Shown piece after piece: positions 1 through 9,088 of a stretch of DNA of 64,000 bases. The stretch covers positions 77,065 to 141,064 of the forward strand of contig JAUXAG010000004.1 in assembly GCA_030614915.1 (NCBI GenBank), in the 5' to 3' direction. Numbering within the stretch: position 1 is the first letter of the stretch; every line of letters begins with the position of its first letter. This DNA is from Actinomycetes bacterium (GTDB taxonomy: Bacteria > Planctomycetota > Phycisphaerae > JAACET01). The position numbers and the translations under genes were made by a program. The notes beneath the pieces were generated by a model that saw only the letters and a list, made by a program, of their open reading frames with translations, did not search any database and had not been told where the DNA came from.

Positions 1-141
1 ACAAACTATAACATCACCGAGCCCTGCGGTTCGACGGGTGTATTTTCCGCGAGCAGTGGAGCCGCGAAGGACCTTAATACACTGGGCGACCTTAGCCCCG
101 GAGTTGTCGGCAATAGTTATTCTGGTCTGCATCTGAATCAC
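1..141 (-). CDS. rplN: 50S ribosomal protein L14, 5' part (runs off window)
   Basis: Manual translation from GTG at 141: [47 protein letters not shown]; ADNSGA motif; follows rpsQ. Confidence 0.95.
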   Translation of the reverse strand, partial: MIQMQTRITIADNSGAKVAQCIKVLRGSTARGKYTRRTAGLGDVIVC

Positions 142-172
142 AGTAAAACCTCAAGAACACGGCAATTGGTGT

Positions 173-360
173 CTAGAAGCCATCCCAAAACCCCAATTTC
201 TGCTGCGAACGGCCCTTTTCACGCAGTGATGCTACGCATTGTCGCCTGTCTGCGTCGCTCAAACTCAATATATTCTCCAAATATGCATCGTTTTCGCTTC
301 TTGCCAGCCGCCAAAATTGCTCGTTCTCGCTACGAAAGCAGGTTTTGGGATGACTTCTAG
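173..360. mobile_element. MITE-like element with 16-bp TIRs and CTAG target duplication
   Basis: CTAG-AAGCCATCCCAAAACC (173-192) and GGTTTTGGGATGACTT-CTAG (341-360) are inverted repeats with 1 mismatch; no credible ORF. Confidence 0.75.
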
Positions 361-642
361 CTACTCCACAGCCTCGGGTCGATTGATCAACTTGAAGACT
401 CGCCAACTCTTGGTCTTGCTGATGGGCCGACACTGAGCGATCAGGACGGTATCGCCGCGCTGGACGGAGCCGTTGGGGTCGTGCACCTGAAAACTAGTGG
501 ACCGACGGATGTATTTACCGTAGCGAGGGTGCTTGAAAAGTCGAGTGACGGCAACGGTGACGGTTTTGTCAGCCTTGGCGGAGACTACCGTGCCCAGTAG
601 GGTGCGAACTCTGCCTCGTCTTTGTTGGGCGGTATCAGTCAT
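361..642 (-). CDS. rpsQ: 30S ribosomal protein S17
   Basis: GTVVSAKADKTVTV...HPRYGKYI...CRPISKTKSW; ATG at 642 preceded by GGAG. Confidence 0.96.
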   Translation of the reverse strand: MTDTAQQRRGRVRTLLGTVVSAKADKTVTVAVTRLFKHPRYGKYIRRSTSFQVHDPNGSVQRGDTVLIAQCRPISKTKSWRVFKLINRPEAVE

Positions 643-677
643 AAGAGTGACGACTCCAAGGTACAAATCAAAGTTTC

Positions 678-887
678 TTACTCGGCAGGCGAGGGACTCT
701 GGCGAGCCCGCTGGGCCATTACAGTTTTTATTCGAGCGATGTCGCGTTTGGCTTGTCCCAACAAGCTGGGGTTCTCGAGCTTTTCGGTAACAGCCTGGGC
801 GCGAATATCAAAGGAGTGGCGTTCGAGACGTTCCAACTCGGCGGCCAATTCCTCGTCGGAGAGGGCTCTGATCTCGGCAATTTTCAT
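678..887 (-). CDS. rpmC: 50S ribosomal protein L29
   Basis: LENPS...KRDIARIKT; operon position. Confidence 0.95.
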   Translation of the reverse strand: MKIAEIRALSDEELAAELERLERHSFDIRAQAVTEKLENPSLLGQAKRDIARIKTVMAQRARQSPSPAE

Positions 888-906
888 TGGCTACTCCGCG
901 GCTAAC

Positions 907-1326
907 CTACAAGGTATGACGCCGATGAAGGAAGCGACATCGTACAGGCATTTTGTGGGCAACTCGTCTTAGGGCCCGCTTGGCCAAGTCCTCGGGGACA
1001 CCGGCGATTTCGAACATAACGCTGCCGGGCTTTACACAAGCGACCCAGGTGTCAGGCTCGCCCTTGCCTTTGCCCATTCGGGTTTCCAAGGGCTTGGAAG
1101 AAACCGACTTGTGGGGGAAAATTCGGACATAAACACGACCCTCACGATGTAAAAAGTGAGTGGCGGCGACTCTACCGGCCTCGATCTGCTGGGTGGTAAT
1201 CCAGCCGGTGCCCAAGGACTGCAGGCCGTACTCGCCAAAGGCTACGGTGTTGCCCTTGGTGGCGTTGCCCTTGATCTTGCCGCGCTGGGACTTCCGGAAC
1301 TTAACTCTCTTGGGCATCAGGGCCAT
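907..1326 (-). CDS. rplP: 50S ribosomal protein L16
   Basis: MPKRVKFRK...RMGKGKG. Confidence 0.98.
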   Translation of the reverse strand: MALMPKRVKFRKSQRGKIKGNATKGNTVAFGEYGLQSLGTGWITTQQIEAGRVAATHFLHREGRVYVRIFPHKSVSSKPLETRMGKGKGEPDTWVACVKPGSVMFEIAGVPEDLAKRALRRVAHKMPVRCRFLHRRHTL

Positions 1327-1985
1327 TATGCTTCCTCCTGGTCAGCTTCACCAAGAAGGCCCTTGTATATCCAAACCTTTACGCCAATAGTTCCGTAAGT
1401 GGTGCGCGAGGTGGCCACGCCATAATCCACGTCGGCCCGTAAGGTGTGCAAAGGAATACTGCCGAAGATCAGCTTTTCAGAGCGAGCGATCTCGGCTCCG
1501 GACAAACGTCCGGAACAAATTACCTTAATGCCCAAGGCACCGGCAGACATGGCGCCCTCGCAGCGTTGTCGCATAGCTCTACGGAACGAGGCCCGGCGTT
1601 TGAGCTGCTCGGCAATACCATCAGCAACAAGCTGGGCATCGATATCGGGCTTTCTGACCTCGACGACATTGATGCTGACGACTCGGTGAGTTAGATCCTC
1701 CAGTTCGCCTTTGACCCTGTCGATCTCAGCTCCGCGGGCCCCGATAACCACGCCGGGCCTGGCGGTGTAAATAGTGACCTTGACTTCCTCACGGGTGCGT
1801 TCGATCTGGACGGAAGAAATGGCGGCATAAGGCATCCGGCGGTTCAAGCTGGAGTCGAGATAGCCCCTGATCTTCTGGTCCTCGATGAGGAATTGTCCGT
1901 AACTGGCCTTGGGGGCATACCAGCGAGATTTCCAGTCCTTAGTGATTCCCGTTCGAAAACCGATTGGCGAAACCTTTTGACCCAT
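1326..1985 (-). CDS. rpsC: 30S ribosomal protein S3
   Basis: [11 protein letters not shown]...[10 protein letters not shown]...[12 protein letters not shown]. Confidence 0.98.
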   Translation of the reverse strand: MGQKVSPIGFRTGITKDWKSRWYAPKASYGQFLIEDQKIRGYLDSSLNRRMPYAAISSVQIERTREEVKVTIYTARPGVVIGARGAEIDRVKGELEDLTHRVVSINVVEVRKPDIDAQLVADGIAEQLKRRASFRRAMRQRCEGAMSAGALGIKVICSGRLSGAEIARSEKLIFGSIPLHTLRADVDYGVATSRTTYGTIGVKVWIYKGLLGEADQEEA

Positions 1986-2019
1986 ATCAAACTCCATGAT
2001 CCAGGAGAAAACTCGGCGT

Positions 2020-2364
2020 TCACTCAGAACGAGCGGTTCGCTCCTCCACTACCAAGGTAATGTGACTAGTGCGTTTGCGAATAAGATGATAACGTCCCCG
2101 ATCCTTGGCTCGACCTCGTTTGATGGTCGGCCCCTGGTCAACCCTGGCATCCTTGATGAACAAATCCTCGGTGTCGGCGGCGGCTTCGTCGGCACTGGCA
2201 ATGGCAGCCCGGAGGATTTTGTCGACAAAGACAGCGGCCCGCTTGTTGGTGAACTTCAAGAGGTCGAGGGCCTGGGCGGCATTCATGCCGCGGACCAAGT
2301 CAACGACGAGCCTGGCCTTTCTGGGGGCGATGCGGGCGAATCTATGTGACGATTTCCAAGCCAT
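2020..2364 (-). CDS. rplV: 50S ribosomal protein L22
   Basis: [16 protein letters not shown]...KRTSHITL. Confidence 0.97.
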   Translation of the reverse strand: MAWKSSHRFARIAPRKARLVVDLVRGMNAAQALDLLKFTNKRAAVFVDKILRAAIASADEAAADTEDLFIKDARVDQGPTIKRGRAKDRGRYHLIRKRTSHITLVVEERTARSE

Positions 2365-2418
2365 CAAACACCTTTTTACTAAAAACACTCCGGCCGGCTA
2401 GCCTAAGCCAGCGAGGCT

Positions 2419-2703
2419 TCAGGACACGTTAGTTCTACTCCTGCTGGAAGAGCTGTGTCCGCGAAAAGTTCGAGTGATACTGAACTCGCCGAGCTTGTGG
2501 CCGACCATGTCCTCGGAGATCAACACTTTATTGAAGATCTTGCCGTTGTGTATCAGGAAGGTCTGGCCAACAAACTCCGGAACAATGGTACTCCTGCGGG
2601 ACCAGGTTTTGATAGGGTCCCAAACGTTGGCCTCCTTCTGGCGGATGACCTTGCGCAAGAGCTTTTCGTCGTAATAAGGTCCTTTTTTTAGCGAGCGTCC
2701 CAT
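2419..2703 (-). CDS. rpsS: 30S ribosomal protein S19
   Basis: MGRSLKKGP...MVGHKLGEF. Confidence 0.98.
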   Translation of the reverse strand: MGRSLKKGPYYDEKLLRKVIRQKEANVWDPIKTWSRRSTIVPEFVGQTFLIHNGKIFNKVLISEDMVGHKLGEFSITRTFRGHSSSSRSRTNVS

Positions 2704-2725
2704 AAGGGCTTTCCTTTAGAGGTAA

Positions 2726-3577
2726 CTAAACAACGGCAAGCCCATATCTTTTGGACTTTCGGCGACGAATAATCCTTTTTGAAGAAGGCTTTCGCCGGGA
2801 ACGGGTTCTTCCGCCTTTGGCTAACTTTCCAGTAGGCGAACAAGGATGACGTCCACCACCGGAGCGGCCCTCTCCTCCGCCCATAGGATGAGCGACGGGG
2901 TTCATGGCCACGCCGCGAACGTGTGGGCGGCGACCACGATGCCTGTTTCGTCCGGCCTTGCCGATACGAACATTCTGATGATCCAAGTTTCCGAGCTGAC
3001 CAATAGTGGCCCGGCACTCCAAACGAACCATTCGCAACTCACCGGAAGGCAAGACCAAATGGGCCCAGTGACCATCCTTGGCGGCCAAGCGGGCGACGCC
3101 GCCAGCGGTGCGTACCAACTGGCCTCCACGTCCGGGAGTCATTTCGATGTTATGTATTTCCATTCCCGAAGGAATAGCGGCCAAGGGCATGGCATTTCCG
3201 AGCTTGGGTTCGACGTGGGAACCGGAGAGGACCTCGTCGCCAAGCTGTAAGCCCAGAGGAGCCAAAATATAGCGTTTCTCACCGTCGGCATAGTGCAAGA
3301 GAGCAATATGGCAGGAACGGTTAGGGTCGTATTCAATAGAGGCGACCCTGGCTGGCACGGTGTCCTTGTCACGTTTGAAATCGATAAGGCGATAAAGACG
3401 TTTGTTTCCACCGCCGCGATGTCGAGAGGTAATTTTGCCGGAATGGTTGCGTCCGCCGGTCTTTTTGAGAGGCCGCAATAAAGACTTGGCGGGCTTGGTG
3501 CTGGTCAACTCAAGGTAATCGTTGACGCTGGACTTTCGTCGCCCGGCAGAGGTGGGTTTGTATTGCTTGACCGGCAT
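2726..3577 (-). CDS. rplB: 50S ribosomal protein L2
   Basis: EYDPNRS...[17 protein letters not shown]. Confidence 0.98.
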   Translation of the reverse strand: MPVKQYKPTSAGRRKSSVNDYLELTSTKPAKSLLRPLKKTGGRNHSGKITSRHRGGGNKRLYRLIDFKRDKDTVPARVASIEYDPNRSCHIALLHYADGEKRYILAPLGLQLGDEVLSGSHVEPKLGNAMPLAAIPSGMEIHNIEMTPGRGGQLVRTAGGVARLAAKDGHWAHLVLPSGELRMVRLECRATIGQLGNLDHQNVRIGKAGRNRHRGRRPHVRGVAMNPVAHPMGGGEGRSGGGRHPCSPTGKLAKGGRTRSRRKPSSKRIIRRRKSKRYGLAVV

Positions 3578-3605
3578 GAGAAACTACTCCCGAGTGGGGC
3601 TCCTG

Positions 3606-3884
3606 CTAGAAGAGGTCAATGTGGAAATCAGGGTCGAGGACAACTACGGCCCTTTTCCAGTGACTAGTAAGGCCCCTTTTGAATCGGGTTCGGCGAGGCT
3701 TGCCCTTGCGGTTGGCGGTGCGAACCTCGCGGACCTTTACGTTATATATATGCTCGATGGCATTCTTAATCTCGAACTTATTGGCCTCAGGATGGACCTG
3801 AAAAGGATAAGCGTTCAGGGTAGCTGAGGTGCGGGTGCCCTTTTCGGTGACCAAGGGACGAATAACCACCTGGTGCCAATCCAT
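3606..3884 (-). CDS. rplW: 50S ribosomal protein L23
   Basis: PLVTEK...ANKFEIK...WKRAVV. Confidence 0.96.
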   Translation of the reverse strand: MDWHQVVIRPLVTEKGTRTSATLNAYPFQVHPEANKFEIKNAIEHIYNVKVREVRTANRKGKPRRTRFKRGLTSHWKRAVVVLDPDFHIDLF

Positions 3885-4513
3885 CAGGAAATCTCCTTGC
3901 GGTGAGCCAGCAATTCGATGGCTTCGCGTGTGCAGAGCATCTTTTGCTTGGAACAGATGTCCAAGGCGTTGAGCTGCTCGACAACAGTAACATCCAAACC
4001 GGGTATGTTTCGGCTGGACTTCAGGACGTTGGGGTCATGGCCAGCTAAAGTAAGCAGGCAAGAACGGTCGAGCTTGAGGGCTGCGAGCAGGGCGACCATG
4101 TCCTTTGTGCGGGGCTGATCAATGCTGAGCTGGTCAATAACCATCAGGTCCTGGTCCTGGAGCTTTGCCAAGATAGCGGAGTTTCTGGCCAGGCGCCGAG
4201 CCTTTGCGGGCAAGCGCTGATGAAAAGGTCTGGCCAGTTTGGCAAAAGTCCGGCCGCCGCCGCGACGGATGGGATTGCGACGGGGCCCCACACGGGCATT
4301 GCCGGTGCCCTTCTGGCGGAAGAGCTTTTTGGTGGAGCCGGCGATCATGCCGCGGGACTTTGTGCGAGCTGAGCCCTGGCGGCGATTTGTGCGGTAGGTC
4401 ATCAAGGCCTGCTTGAGCAAGGGCAGACGGACTTGGGATCCGAAGACGGCCTCGTCCACAGATATGGTGTCAACCTGTTCGCCGTGCTTATTGTAAACGG
4501 TTAACTCTATCAT
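3884..4513 (-). CDS. rplD: 50S ribosomal protein L4
   Basis: RQKGTGNARVG...RGGG...SRNIPG. Confidence 0.97.
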   Translation of the reverse strand: MIELTVYNKHGEQVDTISVDEAVFGSQVRLPLLKQALMTYRTNRRQGSARTKSRGMIAGSTKKLFRQKGTGNARVGPRRNPIRRGGGRTFAKLARPFHQRLPAKARRLARNSAILAKLQDQDLMVIDQLSIDQPRTKDMVALLAALKLDRSCLLTLAGHDPNVLKSSRNIPGLDVTVVEQLNALDICSKQKMLCTREAIELLAHRKEIS

Positions 4514-5217
4514 TGGTTTCTGGCTCGCTCGACAACAATGTAGGCTCCGTTGGGTCCGGGAACGGAGCCGCAGACCAAGAGGATATTATTTTCGGGGTCA
4601 ATTTTCAGGAGTCGATGATTCTTACTGGTAACGCGTTCGGAGCCCATGCGTCCGGCCATCTTCTTTCCTCTCTTGACAGTCTGGCCGGTGCCGGCATTGC
4701 CGCTGCCGCCGATGCCGCCTGGTGCGCGGTGCTTTCGTTCGGTTCCGTGAGAAGCGGGAAAACCCTTAAAGCCGTGGCGTTTCATAACGCCGGCAAAACC
4801 CTTGCCCTTGGTCAGGCCGACAATATCGACGCGTTGGACATCGTTGAAAGTCTCCACGGTGAGGACGTCTCCGGCGTTGACCTGCGGGTCGGGCTGCGTG
4901 TGGACCTCACGAACAAACTTCATGGGCTGGGCATCAACTTTGGCGGCATGTCCAACAGCGGCCAGAGCAGCACCGCGACGACGGTTGTAGGTCCTGGTGA
5001 GCCCTTCGGAGCCGTCCGGGCGTTTGCGCTTGCGGACGCCAGGGGTCTTGAGAGGGTCAAGGCCGATTTGAACGGCCCAGTAACCGTCGGACTCAGGAGT
5101 CTTCAACTGCAGGACCGTACAAGGGCCAGCCTGTATGACTGTAACCGGGGTGATAACACCCTGCTGGTCATACACTTGAGTCATACCGATCTTTTTTCCG
5201 AGCAAAGCGGGTAACAT
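4510..5217 (-). CDS. rplC: 50S ribosomal protein L3
   Basis: LGKKIGMTQ...KGKGFAGVMKRH...KKMAGRMG. Confidence 0.97.
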   Translation of the reverse strand: MLPALLGKKIGMTQVYDQQGVITPVTVIQAGPCTVLQLKTPESDGYWAVQIGLDPLKTPGVRKRKRPDGSEGLTRTYNRRRGAALAAVGHAAKVDAQPMKFVREVHTQPDPQVNAGDVLTVETFNDVQRVDIVGLTKGKGFAGVMKRHGFKGFPASHGTERKHRAPGGIGGSGNAGTGQTVKRGKKMAGRMGSERVTSKNHRLLKIDPENNILLVCGSVPGPNGAYIVVERARNQ

Positions 5218-5251
5218 AACTAGCCCTAAATAAAGGGCCTGAGCACAAGAC

Positions 5252-5560
5252 TCAGGCCTTGATCTTTACAAAAACGCCGGCCGGGACGACCAGCTTGTTT
5301 AGAGCCTCAATGGTCCTGGCAGTAGGATTGGCGATGTCAATAATGCGTTTATGGGTGCGGATTTCAAACTGCTCCCGGGATTTTTTGTCAATGTGGGGCG
5401 AGCGAAGCACGGTGTATCTCTCGATCCTGGTGGGCAGGGGAATCGGGCCGTATACCAAGGCATTGGTCCTGCGAGCGTGATCAACAATTTCGCTGGCAGA
5501 GGCGTCCAAGGCCTTATGGTCGTAGGCCTCCATTCTGATTCTTATACGCTCAGTGGGCAT
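5252..5560 (-). CDS. rpsJ: 30S ribosomal protein S10
   Basis: GPIPLPT...[14 protein letters not shown]. Confidence 0.98.
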   Translation of the reverse strand: MPTERIRIRMEAYDHKALDASASEIVDHARRTNALVYGPIPLPTRIERYTVLRSPHIDKKSREQFEIRTHKRIIDIANPTARTIEALNKLVVPAGVFVKIKA

Positions 5561-5626
5561 GTTTTCGTCAACTCCTGCCTTTACATAGTGTTACGGCAAT
5601 AGCCCTTATATTTCTAAAGACCAGTA

Positions 5627-5654
5627 ATGATAACAGCAAAGGGGAATCCGTCAA
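5627..5654 (-). promoter_or_regulatory. sigma70-type promoter of S10 operon
   Basis: TTGACG-16 nt-TATCAT with extended TG on minus strand, upstream of rpsJ. Confidence 0.55.
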
Positions 5655-5745
5655 GGAAAAAGCCCCTGCAGAAGAAATATTTTGGTTTGGGGGCGATTTT
5701 TCTGGTCATCTTCACTCCAAAGCAGCCAAAAAGATATAAAAGCAG

Positions 5746-7824
5746 CTAATAGGAGAGCTCCAAGATGTCCCTGGCCAGGGCCTGGGGCATAATTCGGTAG
5801 GCCAAGGGTTCCATGGTGTATGTGGCCCGGCCCTGGGTGAGGCCGCGAATGGCGGTGGCATATCCGAACATGTTGGCCAAAGGGACCTGGGCATCAATTA
5901 TTCGGGTCCGGCCGCGAATCTCCGTGTGGGTGATCATTGCCCGGCGAGAATTGAGGTCGGCCTGGACCACTCCGAAATAGGTGTCGGGCACGACCACCTG
6001 CAGGGACATAATTGGTTCGAGCAAAGCAGGCTTTGCCTTGGAGAGAGCGTCGATGAAGGCCTTGGCGGCGGCCATCTCAAAGGCAACCGGTGAAGAATCG
6101 ACCTCATGCTCCTTGCCGTCGAGGAGAGTGACCTTGACGTCAGAGACGGGGAAATCGCCCAAGGGCCCGGAAGTGCGGGCATCTAAGACGCCCTGCCTAA
6201 CGGCAGGTATGTACTGGGCAGAGATGACGCCGCCTTTGATGCTGGACTCAAAAACGACCTGCTCATCAGGATGCTGGTGCTGGAAAGGCTCGACCCGCAG
6301 GGTAACGACGGCAAATTGCCCGCGGCCTCCGGTCTGTCGAACAAAGCGGGCCTCGGCCTCGGCGGCGGCGGTGATCGTCTCACGATAGGCGACGAGGGGA
6401 TTTCCCACGCGGACGGGAACCTTGAGGTCCTCGCGGAGCTTGCGGTGCAAGACCTGTAGATGTAACTCGCCCATGCCGGACATGATGGTCTGAGAAGTCT
6501 GCTGGTCATAATGATAAGTAAAAGTGGGGTCCTCGCGAGCCAATAGAGCCAAGGCCTGGCCCAGTCGGGCGCGGTCAGCAGAAGCCACAGGCTCAACGGA
6601 CATGGAAATAACGGTTTCGGGGAACTCGATTTTTTCCAAGACAATTGGGGCCTTTTGGTCGGCAAGAGTATCGCCGGTCAGGGAGTGCCTGAGTCCGACG
6701 ACGGCACAGATATCCCCGGCCTGGGCCTGGTCCAAAAGGAGGCGTTGGCCGGCATGCATTCGCCAGATGCGGGAGACTATCTCCCGCTTGTCGCGGAGTG
6801 GATTGTAGAGGCGGGAGCCGATCTTGAGGGTTCCGGAATAGATTCGCAGGAAATAGAGGTCGCCATGAGTATCGGCCTGGATTTTGAAAACCAAAGCGGC
6901 CAAGGGAGCCTTTGGATCAGGCGGGCGGGATAAAATTTTGTCGTGATGTTTGGGGTGATAACCCTGTACGGGGGGCAAATCCACAGGTGCGGGCAAATAG
7001 GCATTCACGGCATCGAGGAGGGGCTGAATGCCCTTGTACTTCAAGGCGGATCCGCAAAGCACGGGCTGTATGGCACAAGCAATGGTGGCCCGGCGGATGG
7101 CAGCGGCCAAGATGTCGGCGGGGATGTGGTGGTCGTGGACGTAAAGGTGCATGAGCTGCTCGTCGGCCTCGGCGACCTTTTCGAGTAAGTCATGCTGCAG
7201 CCGGCGGGCCTTATCGAGTAAATCAGCGGGGATGTCGGTGAGCTCAAAGGAGGCTCCGAGCTTTTTTTCATCAAAGACCATAGCCTGCATGGAGAGCAAA
7301 TCAATCACGCCCACAAAGCCAGCGTCCTGTCCGAGAGGCAACTGCAAGACGACCGGGTTGGCCTCGAGCATGGAAAACATCTGCTGGACGACGCGGTCAA
7401 AGTCGGCGCCGACGCGGTCGAGCTTATTGACAAAACAAATGCGAGGGACATGATAGCGGTTGGCCTGACGCCAAACGGTTTCCGACTGAGCCTCGACACC
7501 ACCGACGCCACAAAAGACCATCACGGCACCGTCAAGGACGCGGAGCGATCGCTCGACCTCGGCGGTGAAGTCAACGTGTCCTGGGGTGTCGATGAGATTG
7601 ATGGTGTGGTCTTTCCAGGGGAGCGTAGTGGCGGCGGCAGTGATGGTGATGCCGCGGGCCTGCTCCTCGGGCAGATAGTCCATGACCGCGGTACCGTCGT
7701 GGACCTCGCCCATTTTGTAGGTCTTGCCACTATAATAGAGGACACGCTCAGTGACGGTGGTTTTGCCGGCATCAATATGGGCCATGATACCGATGTTGCG
7801 GATTTTTTTGAGGTCCTCAGCCAT
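5746..7824 (-). CDS. fusA: Elongation factor G
   Basis: [21 protein letters not shown] motifs; 692 aa; after rpsG. Confidence 0.97.
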   Translation of the reverse strand: MAEDLKKIRNIGIMAHIDAGKTTVTERVLYYSGKTYKMGEVHDGTAVMDYLPEEQARGITITAAATTLPWKDHTINLIDTPGHVDFTAEVERSLRVLDGAVMVFCGVGGVEAQSETVWRQANRYHVPRICFVNKLDRVGADFDRVVQQMFSMLEANPVVLQLPLGQDAGFVGVIDLLSMQAMVFDEKKLGASFELTDIPADLLDKARRLQHDLLEKVAEADEQLMHLYVHDHHIPADILAAAIRRATIACAIQPVLCGSALKYKGIQPLLDAVNAYLPAPVDLPPVQGYHPKHHDKILSRPPDPKAPLAALVFKIQADTHGDLYFLRIYSGTLKIGSRLYNPLRDKREIVSRIWRMHAGQRLLLDQAQAGDICAVVGLRHSLTGDTLADQKAPIVLEKIEFPETVISMSVEPVASADRARLGQALALLAREDPTFTYHYDQQTSQTIMSGMGELHLQVLHRKLREDLKVPVRVGNPLVAYRETITAAAEAEARFVRQTGGRGQFAVVTLRVEPFQHQHPDEQVVFESSIKGGVISAQYIPAVRQGVLDARTSGPLGDFPVSDVKVTLLDGKEHEVDSSPVAFEMAAAKAFIDALSKAKPALLEPIMSLQVVVPDTYFGVVQADLNSRRAMITHTEIRGRTRIIDAQVPLANMFGYATAIRGLTQGRATYTMEPLAYRIMPQALARDILELSY

Positions 7825-8106
7825 GGCGAGTCAACCAGAAACATAGGTTCAACGAATAGGCTATAGATTCGCCCGCGGAGTGGTTAGAAACTCCTGCGGG
7901 CGTGGTCATCTTTGGTTGACCATCGGCTCGGTAGAGAGCCGAGTGGCAAAATGACACGTAAAGTAAAAACGTCTGCTGAGGCAGACTAGGGTCTCGAAGC
8001 TATCGGGCCTTGATTAGTTATCGGTCAGACGCGGCATGAACCTTGGCCGTAAAGCAAGTTTTTCGCAGGCATGGCCCGCCCAAAAGAGACGAGGGGAGGG
8101 GGGCGG

Positions 8107-8586
8107 CTATCTCCAGGCAAAATGGGCAAAGGCCCTGTTGGCCTCGGCCATGCGGTGCATGTTCTCGCGACTGGTGATGGCGGCGCCTTCCTTGCGGTAA
8201 GCAGCGGAAAGCTCCTCAGCCAAGGCGGCGGCAGTGGGTCGTCCAGACTTGTCTCGGACGGCCTGGATAATCCATCGAAAAGCCAAGGCCTGCTGGCGTT
8301 TGGCCTGAATCTGCATGGGCACCTGATAATTGGAGCCACCGACGCGGCGGGAACGCACCTCAATGCTGGGTTTGACGTTGGCTATGGCGTTCTCGAAGAC
8401 CTCCAAGGGAGAAGCATCCTTGACTCTCTGGCTGATGATGTCCAAAGCTCGATAAAACAATCGCTGAGCGACGGATTTTTTTCCGTCCCACATGAGGCAG
8501 TTTATGAACTTGCTGGCCAACTTCGAGGCGCAACGGGGATCGGGCTTTAGCTGTTGAGCAGAAGCTGTCCATTTTTTATAGGCCAT
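8107..8586 (-). CDS. rpsG: 30S ribosomal protein S7
   Basis: DGKKS...[11 protein letters not shown]...[10 protein letters not shown]. Confidence 0.98.
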   Translation of the reverse strand: MAYKKWTASAQQLKPDPRCASKLASKFINCLMWDGKKSVAQRLFYRALDIISQRVKDASPLEVFENAIANVKPSIEVRSRRVGGSNYQVPMQIQAKRQQALAFRWIIQAVRDKSGRPTAAALAEELSAAYRKEGAAITSRENMHRMAEANRAFAHFAWR

Positions 8587-8655
8587 GAGATATTCCTTCG
8601 CAAATCTTCCTAATAAATAACCGTACGTGAGTACGCATCACAGACGGAATGGCCT

Positions 8656-8681
8656 GGATTCCCGCTTTCGCGGGAATGACA
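8656..8681 (+). repeat. ATTCCC-N8-GGGAAT-GACA palindromic repeat
   Basis: GGATTCCCGCTTTCGCGGGAATGACA; related copies at ~36874-36899 and ~37199-37224. Confidence 0.7.
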
Positions 8682-8701
8682 ACAAAAAAGCTGGTGCTTT
8701 T

Positions 8702-9073
8702 TTATTTTCCTTTCTTTGTTCCATAACAACTGCGACTCTGCTTTCTGCCGTCGACACCAAGGGTGTCGAGGACGCCTCGAACAATGTGATAGCGAACACC
8801 AGGCAGGTCGCGAACGCGCCCGCCGCGGACCAAGACAATGGAGTGCTCCTGAAGATTGTGGTCCTCACCAGGAATATAGGCAGTAATCTCGCGACCATTC
8901 GTCAGACGGACGCGGGCGATCTTGCGCAAAGCGGAGTTGGGCTTCTTGGGAGACATGGTGCGGACACTAAGGCAGACCCCACGTCGCTGGGGGCATCCCT
9001 CCAGGTCCACGGTCTTCCTCTTGGAGGTTACCTTCCGGCGTGCGCGTCTGATGAGTTGATTGGTGGTGGGCAT
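8702..9073 (-). CDS. rpsL: 30S ribosomal protein S12
   Basis: [10 protein letters not shown]...[10 protein letters not shown]. Confidence 0.98.
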   Translation of the reverse strand: MPTTNQLIRRARRKVTSKRKTVDLEGCPQRRGVCLSVRTMSPKKPNSALRKIARVRLTNGREITAYIPGEDHNLQEHSIVLVRGGRVRDLPGVRYHIVRGVLDTLGVDGRKQSRSCYGTKKGK

Positions 9074-9088
9074 AAAGAATACTCCGTG

